Positions 51,757 through 61,582 of a stretch of DNA of 64,000 bases are shown here, piece after piece. The translations under genes were made by a program, and so were the position numbers. Under the pieces are notes generated by a model. It saw only the letters and a list, made by a program, of their open reading frames with translations, made no database searches and had not been told where the DNA came from. This DNA comes from Acutalibacteraceae bacterium (GTDB taxonomy: Bacteria; Bacillota; Clostridia; Oscillospirales; Acutalibacteraceae): positions 11,859 to 75,858 of the forward strand of contig JAZQLC010000027.1 of NCBI GenBank assembly GCA_045542485.1. The letters run 5' to 3'. Every line of letters starts with the position of its first letter. The first letter of the stretch is position 1.

Positions 51757-53172
51757 TTATTTAGCAATCAAATTTCCCAAAACACCGAAAATCTTATAAA
51801 ACACTTCATAAATTACAAAGTATTCACCCATAAGAGGCTCGAGTATCGCTCCGAGATATCCCATTGTCATAGGTTTTTCATCAAAATCAAAGTCCGTTTT
51901 TGTAATTGTGAAAGTGTCGATTGTTTCGCCTGTAATTGTGTCAACGGTTATAATCTCCATCACGCCGTCTTTTGTGATTTCGATTGTTGAATAACAGTCG
52001 TTACCTGTAATAACTGTTTTACCCAGCCAGTAGTAATCATACACTTCGCCTTCATCGGGAGTTCTTGTATTGCCCGAAGCTGCTGTCTGAGTAAAATAAA
52101 TAACGCCTTCAGGATCTGTTACCTTACCCTCATCATATCCTGCATTTTCTACAATTTTATGACCTTTCATAAAATATGAGCGGCCGAAAATATGGTCGTG
52201 ACCTGTAAGCACAACATCAAAATCATAGCTATCGAAAACAGGTGCAAGGGTTCTTTGGGCTGCCACGGCATCATCCTGAGTTGCATGGTGACCTGTACCG
52301 TAAACATCGTGATGCATTACTGCAACGCGCCATTTAACATCGGGATTTTCTTCAACAGCTTTCTTGATAAGAAGATAGTTATCATAGAAATTGATTTTAT
52401 TTGAGTTGATGAACACAAAAAGCACATCGCCATATGTGAAATAATATCCGTTACCGTAGAATGTAGGAGCAATACCTAAAAATACATTGGGGTTATTGAA
52501 ATAATACTTGTATGTTGTACCCTTTCTGTCGTGGTTACCCTGTGTTGCTGCCATAGGATATGAGCGAAGATATTCAGGTGCAAGAAAGCCTACCCATTCC
52601 TCCGTATACTGACCACAATGTGTTACATCACCTGCGTTTACGATAAAGCTGATGTCATCGTGTGCAGCAAACGCTGACTCAAGTGTTCTGTTCCAGTTGA
52701 ATGAATCGTTTGCTATGATGTGGTCGTGCTTTGGCTGTGCATCACTGATAAACAAAAACTTGTAGCTGTCAAAAGCGTTTGTCCTAAAAGTTTCAACCTC
52801 GCTCTGGCTGTTCTTTGTACCATATGTGTAATAATATGTTATGTTTTCTTCAAGACCTGTTACCGTTACATTGTTCACCCTTTGCTCAACAATTTCAGAA
52901 AATGTGCTGTAACCTTCAAAAACCTTACTGTCAGACATATCTGCGTTTTTACTGAAATAAACAACAGGCTTATCCATACCTTCACGGATAGAATGCCATG
53001 TAAAATTCAGCTCTGTTTCATTTTTGCCGGGAGTCATCATAACTTTCATATTATCGCAGGTTGCGTAATATTCTTCCCATTCTTCATATGTGATTTTTTC
53101 TGCACTTGCAACAACTGAAACTGCTGAAAACACAAGAAGTGCTGAAAGAACTACACATAAAATTTTTTTCAC
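51757..53172 (-). CDS. Secreted metallophosphoesterase (purple-acid-phosphatase-like)
   Basis: It starts at a GTG with GAGGTG upstream and has a signal peptide. An FN3-like N-domain (NFTWHS...VTGLEENITYYY) precedes the GDVTHCG, GNHD and GHDH motifs. Confidence 0.75.
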   Translation of the reverse strand: MKKILCVVLSALLVFSAVSVVASAEKITYEEWEEYYATCDNMKVMMTPGKNETELNFTWHSIREGMDKPVVYFSKNADMSDSKVFEGYSTFSEIVEQRVNNVTVTGLEENITYYYTYGTKNSQSEVETFRTNAFDSYKFLFISDAQPKHDHIIANDSFNWNRTLESAFAAHDDISFIVNAGDVTHCGQYTEEWVGFLAPEYLRSYPMAATQGNHDRKGTTYKYYFNNPNVFLGIAPTFYGNGYYFTYGDVLFVFINSNKINFYDNYLLIKKAVEENPDVKWRVAVMHHDVYGTGHHATQDDAVAAQRTLAPVFDSYDFDVVLTGHDHIFGRSYFMKGHKIVENAGYDEGKVTDPEGVIYFTQTAASGNTRTPDEGEVYDYYWLGKTVITGNDCYSTIEITKDGVMEIITVDTITGETIDTFTITKTDFDFDEKPMTMGYLGAILEPLMGEYFVIYEVFYKIFGVLGNLIAK

Positions 53173-53183
53173 TTTCTTTCACC

Positions 53184-54404
53184 TCATGCGAATAATTTTG
53201 CAAAGAAGCTGTAAATGCTGCCCTCTTTATAGAGAGTGTGTGTACTCGATCCCACTTTGTGGTTTTCAACGAGGATAGTGTCAAACTCGCCTATACCACC
53301 TGACCTTTCAGTTATGAGCACATGGTTATTATCCCTTGTATCATACCTGAAGCCACAGCGGAGATTATCTACAACTGAATTGAATTTATCCGCTTTAAAT
53401 GCAACCTCTCTGTGACCTGCTTCAGAATACCAGTAACAGAAGCAGTTATCATAGATGGAAGAAACATCGCCTTTTGTCACAAAAGCATTACCGAATTGGT
53501 CGCTGTAACAGAAATTATAGATATTGTTTCCGCCCTCGTCAACGAATCCTGCACTGTTTTCGTAATCAGTGTAGTCTGAATAATAAAGAGGGTGAATATT
53601 TGTAAGGCAGTTTGCCGATGTTTTAAGATAAAAGCCGATGAAAACATTACCAATACGCATATTTGTAAATGTATTGTCCCAACCTTCAACAACAACACCG
53701 ATGGAATTTGTACCGCCCGTACCGATAATATTCACATCGTTGATATCTGCGTCAGAAGAGCCGCTGTTTGCACCGTATTTGACGTGGATACCTACAATAG
53801 TGTGCTTGATAGAAACCTGTCTTACAGCGGTTTCTCGACCTCCTGCGATAACGACACCGTTTGTTTTTCCGCTTCCGTCAAGAATACCTCCCTCAAGGGC
53901 ATAGTTACTGCCTACTGTGTGAGTATCATTCTTAGCATCTTTACCGCCGAGAATCACAAGTGCCTCTCCCTCGAAATCTGCCGAAGCTCTGATAAGTGCG
54001 TAGTTTGAAAGCTGCAGATCAACGCTCTTGGCAGGGTCTGCGGGAGTGTAGATGGGATGGCTGATAAGGTAAACACCATCAGGAAAATAAATCGTTCTGT
54101 TGGGGTTTGCGTCAATCAGTGCCTGAATAGCATCGGCAACATCTGTTTTGCCGTCTGCAGGGATTGTGTCGGTAACAACCACATATCCGAAAGCATTACC
54201 TTTGTTGTCATTGACAGGGTTTTCAGCAGACTTTTCCGCCGCATCTTCGGCTGTCTGAACGTCTGTCTCAAGAGCTTCAATCGCTTCTTCACTGTTGCCC
54301 GAATATGCAGGAGTTATCTCAATCTCCTGTGTTTTTTTTCCTGTAAAAAAGCCTATTGAAAGCACAATCACTGCCGAAAGAATAACTGAAAGAGCTTTTT
54401 TCAT
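53184..54404 (-). CDS. Secreted right-handed beta-helix protein (pectate-lyase-3/tailspike-like glycanase)
   Basis: It has a signal-anchor. The block GKTDVADAIQALIDANPNRTIYFPDGVYLISHPI is typical of Pectate_lyase_3-type N-termini, and repeated beta-helix turns follow. Confidence 0.5.
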   Translation of the reverse strand: MKKALSVILSAVIVLSIGFFTGKKTQEIEITPAYSGNSEEAIEALETDVQTAEDAAEKSAENPVNDNKGNAFGYVVVTDTIPADGKTDVADAIQALIDANPNRTIYFPDGVYLISHPIYTPADPAKSVDLQLSNYALIRASADFEGEALVILGGKDAKNDTHTVGSNYALEGGILDGSGKTNGVVIAGGRETAVRQVSIKHTIVGIHVKYGANSGSSDADINDVNIIGTGGTNSIGVVVEGWDNTFTNMRIGNVFIGFYLKTSANCLTNIHPLYYSDYTDYENSAGFVDEGGNNIYNFCYSDQFGNAFVTKGDVSSIYDNCFCYWYSEAGHREVAFKADKFNSVVDNLRCGFRYDTRDNNHVLITERSGGIGEFDTILVENHKVGSSTHTLYKEGSIYSFFAKLFA

Positions 54405-54406
54405 AA

Positions 54407-55303
54407 TCAGAAACCTCTCATTTTCTTAAGATCGCGATAGTTTATGAGCTTTATGCCGAGAGATTCAATATGCTGTTTTGTCTTGGGATCTTTGAAAAGC
54501 TCGTATTCCCATACTCTTCTTTCCCATAAGCCTGTTGTACCCTTAAGGTCATCTGTGGGAAGAGAGGGATGAATATAAGTCTCGGTAACGCCCGGCTCAA
54601 AGGTACGATAAAATTCATAGATATATTCTCTGTAATTTTCAAAACTCTCATTCTGAGGACCTTCCCAATGGCTTGGAAGAAGGTAGTCAGGCATAGCAAC
54701 TTTAAGACTCTGACCGAGTTGTGTCATACCTCCGATAAACTGTTCAATCAATTCCTTGGGAACATGGATTGCGAGCATATCGTTTGTAAACTGTGCATCA
54801 GTAAACTGCATAGGAAAGCGGAACGGAAGTCCGTACTGACCTGCAAGTTCAATTGTCATCTGAACAATTTCAAATCTGCCCGTTTCGATGCCGTAGAGTG
54901 AGCCCATGTGGTTATCAACGTGTGAGGGATTTTCAAGACCTAATTTTTTCAGTCTTTCAATCTGAGCAATAAGCTCCCCTCTTACCTGCTGAACATCACA
55001 GTTTTTCTCAAACTCGTCGCTTTCGTGATAGAAGAAGCCATCTTCGTCGCGAAGAGAATCTGTATCTGATGAATTAACAGGTGCCCATCTGTATTTGCTC
55101 CACTCACTTGTTGTTGTCCAGTGTACACCGATACCAAGCTCAGGATTCTTTTTAGCAAACGCCGCCGCTTCAGGCGCCCATGCGCAAGGAGCCATAATTG
55201 TAGAAGATGTGATTTTCCCTTCCTTGAGCAGCTCCATAACTGCAAGGTTTGAACCTCTGCACATACCAAAGTCGTCTGCGTTGATGATCAGATATTTATC
55301 CAT
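54407..55303 (-). CDS. ChbG/YdjC-family carbohydrate deacetylase
   Basis: MDKYLIINADDFGMCRGSNLAV is the canonical YdjC N-terminus. Confidence 0.8.
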   Translation of the reverse strand: MDKYLIINADDFGMCRGSNLAVMELLKEGKITSSTIMAPCAWAPEAAAFAKKNPELGIGVHWTTTSEWSKYRWAPVNSSDTDSLRDEDGFFYHESDEFEKNCDVQQVRGELIAQIERLKKLGLENPSHVDNHMGSLYGIETGRFEIVQMTIELAGQYGLPFRFPMQFTDAQFTNDMLAIHVPKELIEQFIGGMTQLGQSLKVAMPDYLLPSHWEGPQNESFENYREYIYEFYRTFEPGVTETYIHPSLPTDDLKGTTGLWERRVWEYELFKDPKTKQHIESLGIKLINYRDLKKMRGF

Positions 55304-55479
55304 TTCAATTCCTCCTTAAGGAAATTTTATTACATTTTTATTATAAAACCAAATAAAGTCAATGTCAATAAAATACGGCAAAGACACAATTGGTTTTAAA
55401 TAAATCTTTTACTCGGGTGTTGAAAAACACAACATATTATGATATAATTGTCCCGATAATTAATTTGGGGGTAAGAATT

Positions 55480-56337
55480 ATGGCAAAATGGATTGACGGC
55501 AAAACAGTAATTCTCACAGGCGCATCAAGCGGTATCGGTAAAATGCTTGCTGAAAGACTTATGAAAGAGCATGGCTGTAAAGTTATCGGTGTTGCAAGAA
55601 GCGAAAAGAAAATGGTAGCTTTCGTTGAAGAGTTGGGCGATTATGCAAAGCTTTTCTCATACAAACTCTTTGATGTTTCAAGCTATGACAACTGGCAGAA
55701 TTTCCACGATTGGCTTGTTGAAGAAAACATCCGACCCGATGTTCTCATTAACAACGCAGGTGTTCTTCCCCGTTTTGACAGATTGATGAACTATTCAAAG
55801 GAAGAAATCGACGAATCAATCAACATCGACTTCTATTCAGCAGCATATTCATCAAAAATTATGCTTCCTCTCCTTCTCAAGAGCGAAACTCCCGCTATCG
55901 TTAACGTTGCTTCTTCAGCAGCTCTTATGGCTCTCGGCGGCACTTCAATGTACTCAGCAAGTAAGGCAGCAGTAAAAGGTCTTACAGAAGCTATGAGAGA
56001 AGAACTCAGAGGCGAAGCTTACATCGGTCTTGTCTGCCCCGGCTTTACAAAGACTGATATTTTCAGAAACCAGGGTGCAACAGACGGTATGGACCTTATC
56101 AATATGGTTTCAACTCCCTGCCACAAGGCTGTAAACAGAATCCTCAAAGGCATCCTCCGCAAGAAATCTTACATAGTTGTAGGCTTTGACGGTAACGCTA
56201 TGGGCAGATTCAACAGACTTATGCCTGTTCAGGGTTCAAGACTTTTCAGTTCTGTAATCAAAGCATTCAAAATTGACCTCTTTGCATCAACTTTCGGCTA
56301 CGAAAAGAAGTCAGACAAAGAAAAAGCAAAAAAATAA
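55480..56337 (+). CDS. Short-chain dehydrogenase/reductase (SDR)
   Basis: The preferred start is ATG 55480. Motifs are TGASSGIGK, NNAG and YSASKAA. Confidence 0.85.
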   Translation: MAKWIDGKTVILTGASSGIGKMLAERLMKEHGCKVIGVARSEKKMVAFVEELGDYAKLFSYKLFDVSSYDNWQNFHDWLVEENIRPDVLINNAGVLPRFDRLMNYSKEEIDESINIDFYSAAYSSKIMLPLLLKSETPAIVNVASSAALMALGGTSMYSASKAAVKGLTEAMREELRGEAYIGLVCPGFTKTDIFRNQGATDGMDLINMVSTPCHKAVNRILKGILRKKSYIVVGFDGNAMGRFNRLMPVQGSRLFSSVIKAFKIDLFASTFGYEKKSDKEKAKK

Positions 56338-56370
56338 ATCAAAAAAATCTCAAAAATTTGCATTTTACTA

Positions 56371-56399
56371 TTGATTTTTTTGATTTCTTGTGGTAATAT
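56371..56399 (+). promoter_or_regulatory. Sigma-A promoter for tRNA-Arg
   Basis: -35 TTGATT (56371-76), a 17-nt spacer ending in TGG, and -10 TAATAT (56394-99). The tRNA starts 25 nt downstream. Confidence 0.5.
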
Positions 56400-56424
56400 A
56401 TATGAGCGTTGAAAAACGCCATTT

Positions 56425-56501
56425 GCGCTGCTAGCTCAGTCGGATAGAGTGTTTGGCTACGAACCAAAAGGTCAGGAGTTCGAATCTCTTGCAGCGCGCC
56501 A
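56425..56501 (+). tRNA. tRNA-Arg (anticodon ACG), CCA encoded
   Basis: Hand-folded cloverleaf. The acceptor stem is GCGCTGC/GCAGCGC and the D-stem is GCTC/GAGT. The anticodon stem TTTGG/CCAAA carries the loop CTACGAA. The T-arm is AGGAG-TTCGAAT-CTCTT, the discriminator is G, and the total is 77 nt. Confidence 0.9.
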
Positions 56502-56503
56502 TA

Positions 56504-56541
56504 CCGCAATCCTTGATTTACCAAGGGTTGCGGCTTTTTTA
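56504..56541 (+). terminator. Rho-independent terminator after the tRNA
   Basis: CCGCAATCCTTG (56504-15) pairs with CAAGGGTTGCGG (56522-33) with one G-U pair, followed by CTTTTTTAT. Confidence 0.75.
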
Positions 56542-59500
56542 TGCCCTTAAATTATTTTTCTTTTAAGAAATAATAACGGCATTTTTCTAACAAAATTCTA
56601 ACAACTCAAAACCTTTTGGTAAAAGCAGTCTTAAACTGCCATATTCCCAGTAGAATCAGGGAGAAAGCTTCTAACATTCACTGAATTCTGAATAGATTCT
56701 TCAACTTTGTTCTTTCTTTTTGTATCCAGATGACCGTAAATATCGATTGTAATTTGTATGCCGGAATGACCAAGCCATTCCTTTACATCGTAATCATTTT
56801 TAAGAGACATAAGTTTCTCATGCAGTTTGTCACCCTGACCTTGTATCCTGTCTCTTGTCTCGGTAAGAGAGGCAAGAACATCAGGGTCGGTAGCCTCTGC
56901 AATAAGCTGATTGTATCTTTCAACTCTTTCATCAGCACCAACTGTATCCATATCGAGAATACTGAGAGCTTCTGCTACAACCTTTTTCATGTTGTCCATA
57001 ACATGCTTGTCCTTTGTGCCATGGAGAAGATACTGATTGAGTTCATTCACAACTCTCTTAATCTTATTTCGCATAGCGGTTTTGTTACGGCTTTCAACAG
57101 CTTTTTTGCGAGATGCCTGATATCTTTCTGTGATTTCTTTTTCCTTCTGCAATGCCTTCTCTTTCTGTGCCTTCAAGCGTTCAGCATCTTTTTCCTTCTG
57201 CCTCTTGATTGCCTTCTGCTTTTCACGCTCAAGGACATTTTTGAGGAAGGATGTGCTTTCAAGGTTGAGAAGCTTTTTGTCATAGAAAGTAACAGAGTTT
57301 GATAATTTGATTGCTTTTTCCTGAAGCTTTTTGATTTTCGCTGTGTCTTTTTTACCTGGTGCGAAAGAAAGCTCTTTGATTTCCTTGCGAACCTCGTACA
57401 ACTCCTGCTCATTCGCATACAGTTTCTCGATGTTTGCTTTGTACTCTGCAAGCTTCTTCTTTTCAACCTCATGTACTGCTGATTCTTCAAGAGCGTTTGC
57501 AAGAAGGTTTCGGGGAGTCAAGGCATCAGGGTCTCGGTCGGAATACTTTTCGTCTATGTTTGCATACATACCTTGTGTAGGGTCTATCCAGGCAACATCA
57601 TCAATCTTAACTGTTTTCTCATATACCTTTCCATTACCAGAATAGCTTTCAGCTTCCATATATGATGGTGATACAAATGTACCTTGTTTAATCTGATAAG
57701 AGCTGTAAATAGTGATTTCACCTTTTTCTATAGCTTCCTCAAGCATTCCTCTTGTCAGGTCAGGATTGAATTCATCATAATCAGACCATTCGCTGTCCTC
57801 AAGTGTTTCTGAAAGAGTTTTTATATCTTCAACCTTTCTTATCCAAGTCAGATAACTATTCGGTGCAGGATTAACCTTTTCGATTATTTCAAATTGTTTT
57901 TGCTTGACATTTTCGGAAGGATTGGATATACTGTTATTGTAAACAGATTCACTCACGGTATCTACGCTTAATTGCGGTGCCGTTATGATGGGTGAATCTG
58001 TTTTTATTATTACGGTCTCGTGAAGATAAAATTTAGCATTACTGTTTTTTTGCGTAGGATACGCTTTTATAATTAAGCCAAGGAACGCAGGATAATTGTC
58101 AATATGACCCATTCCAGCTATAAAATACCTGTCTACCTGTGTATTATTATAATTTTTTTCGACTTTAATAATACTACCTTTTTCAACAACATCCTTTATT
58201 GCTCGTGCTGCCGCTAACTTTTCATATCCGAAGCCATGCATAACCGTGGATTTCGCACCTGATTTTACAAGTTCGACATTGCCTAAAACGGAATTGTATG
58301 CCATATTACCTTGTTCTTTAAAAATAGAAAGTATATAATCAGACTTCGACATTTCAGATGGAATTTTCTCACCTACAACAGAAAAAATTGGTTGTTTCTT
58401 TATTAAGTCAATATTATCATTGATTGTGTTGATTATTTCTTTCTTTTCAGATTTATCATCGTAAGCAAATGAAATAATATTGTCATTACTGAAAATCACA
58501 TCCGTCCTGTCAATATCAGGGCGTTTTTCTTTTCTTGCCTCATCTGTTCTCCAACTTCGTGTGGCAGAATCTCTTGCTTCAATTTCACCTGCAGTTCTTT
58601 CATAATAACTGTAAGCGTCTTCCTTTGATACTCCTGCGACCTGCCAGGAATCAGGACTTGAACCGCTTGCAAAGCCTTCGATATCTTGTATTGCATGTTG
58701 GATTTCATGAATAAGAGTTTTTTCAAGTTTACTTTTGTCAAGCTTTAACTTTGATTGTAAAACAAGAATTTTTGAAATCGGGTCATAAATACCTCGTTCT
58801 TCAATATCGGCAAAGTGGACAGATATTTCTTTTAGCTGAGGATAGGCTGCAAAAAGCTTATCGTGTTTTATCAGTTCTCCAAGGGTTCGCGGTTCAAAGC
58901 TCACGCCTTTGAGGTTTTCATCAAGGCTACGAAGTTCTGTTGTTTCTTCTTCAGAAGCATCCATACTGACAAAGACCTTCTCAAACAGTTCCATATATCT
59001 CCTTACATCAGGGTTAGTATGGAATTTTCCTGTCGTGTCAATCTCAATATCTCTGTCACTTATTTCAAATCGCCACTTGCCGTCCATACCACGGAACCAG
59101 CCTGTCTGCTGTCTTATCTCTTCTGATGTTGCTTTTCCTACATCTTCAAGACGGATTGCTGCTTCAAGTGTCTTTATGTCGGAAGTTTTTGCTTCTCTGC
59201 CGGCAAAGGAATACTTCACACCTTTTTCGGATATACTGGTATTGACATCTGTACCGTTTTGTGGTACTCTGTTATTAGAATCCAAGTTGAAACTGTGTAA
59301 CGGCAATTGTAGCCTATTAACATTCAGCCAGCTTTGGATTCTTTTTTTATCTACATACCTAACAATTACAGGTTTCCCATCTTTTTGTCTGAACAAACTT
59401 TCGATATGACCTCGGCCTTGTGCTGAGGATATTTTTATAAGGTCAAGTTGATTTCCTTTTTTGCTTGTAGGATTCAATTTCAAAACTGCAGTTACAATTT

Positions 59501-60552
59501 TTCCATTATCATCATGCAATTCTCCCATAATGATTTTAGACTGTAAATCATTTTTTGAATCAATAACCACAACAGGATTTTCTAAAAGATTTGGCACTTG
59601 CTTTATTACTTCAAGAGACATTCCGTTGTGTTTTTCAATGGTGGTTTTTATTTTTGATGCATCCCAACGAATCTGTTGATTAGGAATACCAGCTTTTACT
59701 AAAGCTTCTGAGGTAGTTCCCACCACAAAAGAAAAACCAATAGTTTTTCTATCCCAAGAGTCTATCTGATTAGCGAAATTTTCATTCAAGGAATATTTAA
59801 CCTTGTTACCCTGTGATGTATTTCCAACAGTCTCCATCACTTCAGCATTCTTAAAATTCTCACTCGCACCGGCAAGAGCTTTCACAAACATCTGCTGAAT
59901 TGTTTCATATTCGTCAAGCATACTTGCAACGATTTGACCTTCCAAAGTTTCAGGTTTTACGTTCTTGTATGCTTTTTTGATTTTAGCAATGAGTTCAGCA
60001 ATCGCTTTTTTGATTTTTTCAAAAAGAGACGGGTCTTTAGCCTGAAGCATCTGGAGCTTTTCAATAGCCTTACCGTCAGTAAGCATAGTTTCCATTGAGT
60101 CAGCAATAACTTCCTCATGTGCTTCTGCATAACTGATTATTCTTTTCGATGCTTTGGCTTTTTCCATCTGCCTTCTTACAAGAACATCAACGGAAACGCC
60201 TTTCTTTCCGTACTGCTCCATAAGGAAATCAGCAAGCACCTTGTATTCCTCTGCATTGTGTTCTCTGATGTGATGAACGAGTTCATGAGCCAAAGTATGG
60301 AGCATTATACCCTGACCGTCAGCACCTGCGAAAAGGTCTATTTCTATTTCGCCTGTGCTGGGTTTATATGAACCGTTATGTCCGACACGTTTTCCGTCAA
60401 CTATATCGGATTCAAGCACTTTTAATGTTTTTCAAAAGGAACAAATCACAAAATATCCCCTCTAACGGCGGAATAAGTGCAGCCGAACCATTTATGAACA
60501 GAAATGGATATTTTTACTCCGTTGGTTGGTGAGTCTCAAAAGAATAAACGTT
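56542..60552. mobile_element. Decayed integrative element remnant adjacent to tRNA-Arg
   Basis: An integrase remnant lies 130 nt from the tRNA 3' end, and the cargo is a truncated polyvalent-protein gene. The tract looks AT-richer than its flanks by eye (not computed). No second att-like copy of the tRNA 3' end was seen. Confidence 0.45.
56631..60419 (-). pseudogene. 5'-truncated polyvalent (conjugative-element/phage type) protein fused in frame to a tyrosine-integrase C-terminal remnant
   Basis: The 1262-aa frame starts at a GTG with no RBS, 4 codons after an in-frame TGA. It holds two zincin-like boxes (LAHELVHHIRE; TLIHEIQHAIQDIEGF...TAGEIEARD) and several modules typical of large polyvalent proteins. 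The last ~50 aa (VKEWLGHSGIQITIDIYGHLDTKRK...), encoded from ~56786 down, match the extreme C-terminus of tyrosine recombinases (LGHS...Y-GH). The earlier catalytic R/H/R boxes are absent. Confidence 0.6.
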
Positions 60553-60581
60553 ATGCCCTCGGATGTTGAGTCCGAGGGCAT
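60553..60581 (-). terminator. Hairpin terminator after the SGNH hydrolase gene
   Basis: ATGCCCTCGGA (60553-63) pairs with TCCGAGGGCAT (60571-81). The minus-strand tail is AACGTTTATTCTTTT. Confidence 0.55.
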
Positions 60582-60584
60582 TGA

Positions 60585-61334
60585 TTATTTTACAACTTCG
60601 TATAAACTTTCCTTAATTTTGGGGAGCCACCAGAGTTTGTAGCCGGCTTTTGTGGGGTGGATATGGTCGACGAGGTAGAGATTTCTTTCTTCATCTGTGA
60701 TGTTATTGATTTCTTCATTGTTCCAGAAATCGATAATGTGAATATCCCACTTCTTCTGAATTTCAAGAAGAAGTGACACCATTTCACCGTAATATTCACT
60801 ATCGTATTTTGCCTGAGTGTAGAAAATCACAGGACAATTCCATGTGTCTTTCGCATAGGCGATTATGTATTCAATTGCACCTGCAACCGTCTGTGTGTCA
60901 AAGGAGTTTATATCAAAACCGTCTGACACTTTGCCGAGAGGCTTTTCCTTTGTGGCATCGTTGGTTGAAAGCTGACAGACAAAGGCATCTGCTTTTATAT
61001 TTGTATCAATAGTCTTAAGTCTAGATACATAGGAATTTGACTTTTCATCAACAAGAGTTGTGCCTGATACTGCTTCTTTGATAGAAATTATTCCGTCTGA
61101 TTTTTCAAGAAAATCTGCAAAGCTCACACCGAGAGAGCCGTAACCGTAAGTGACGGAACTGCCGAGGAAAATTATTGTCTTGTCTCTGATAGGACTGTTT
61201 TCTGTGGCGACTGTGTTTTCAAGACCGTACTCGCCGTAGTTACCTTTTGCAAAAACTCCGAACATATTTCCCACATATCCTCCTGCGATAATGAAAACTA
61301 AAACAATAGATAAAATGATGATTTTCTTTTTCAT
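60585..61334 (-). CDS. SGNH/GDSL-family hydrolase, membrane-anchored or secreted
   Basis: The preferred start is ATG 61334 (MKKKIIILSIV...). The blocks are FLGSSVTYG (Ser), QLSTNDA and DHIHPT (Asp-x-x-His). Confidence 0.8.
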   Translation of the reverse strand: MKKKIIILSIVLVFIIAGGYVGNMFGVFAKGNYGEYGLENTVATENSPIRDKTIIFLGSSVTYGYGSLGVSFADFLEKSDGIISIKEAVSGTTLVDEKSNSYVSRLKTIDTNIKADAFVCQLSTNDATKEKPLGKVSDGFDINSFDTQTVAGAIEYIIAYAKDTWNCPVIFYTQAKYDSEYYGEMVSLLLEIQKKWDIHIIDFWNNEEINNITDEERNLYLVDHIHPTKAGYKLWWLPKIKESLYEVVK

Positions 61335-61491
61335 CGAATCACTCACCTCTTTTATTTAAGATTATCATATTTTTGATTCTGTGGCAATAGTTTTATTATC
61401 CGTCTGATGTAATGTGATTACATTTTAACCTTTTGGCCTTTTGGTAGTCGTTCAAAAATCAACCCGGAGCTTAGTGAATAGTGAAAAAGTA

Positions 61492-61526
61492 AAATCGACG
61501 AACTTCTTGTGGAAATCCGTCGATTT
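61492..61526 (-). terminator. Possible terminator after the metallophosphoesterase gene
   Basis: AAATCGACG (61492-500) pairs with CGTCGATTT (61518-26). The minus-strand tail is TTACTTTTTC. Confidence 0.4.
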
Positions 61527-61582
61527 TTGAAATTACATCTCATTTTTGAACCATTGATATATACCAAATCTACCTGAGCAAT

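Noticed and set aside
56339-56524. 61-aa minus-strand ORF
   Set aside because: It overlaps the tRNA-Arg gene and its terminator, so it is a spurious ORF across a structured RNA gene.
60420-60584. Search for an attR-like direct repeat of the tRNA-Arg 3' end at the far side of the element remnant
   Set aside because: By eye there is no convincing match to GGTCAGGAGTTCGAATCTCTTGCAGCGCGCCA in this gap or further downstream in the window. The distal boundary is presumably deleted or outside recognisable similarity, and a computational search is still needed.
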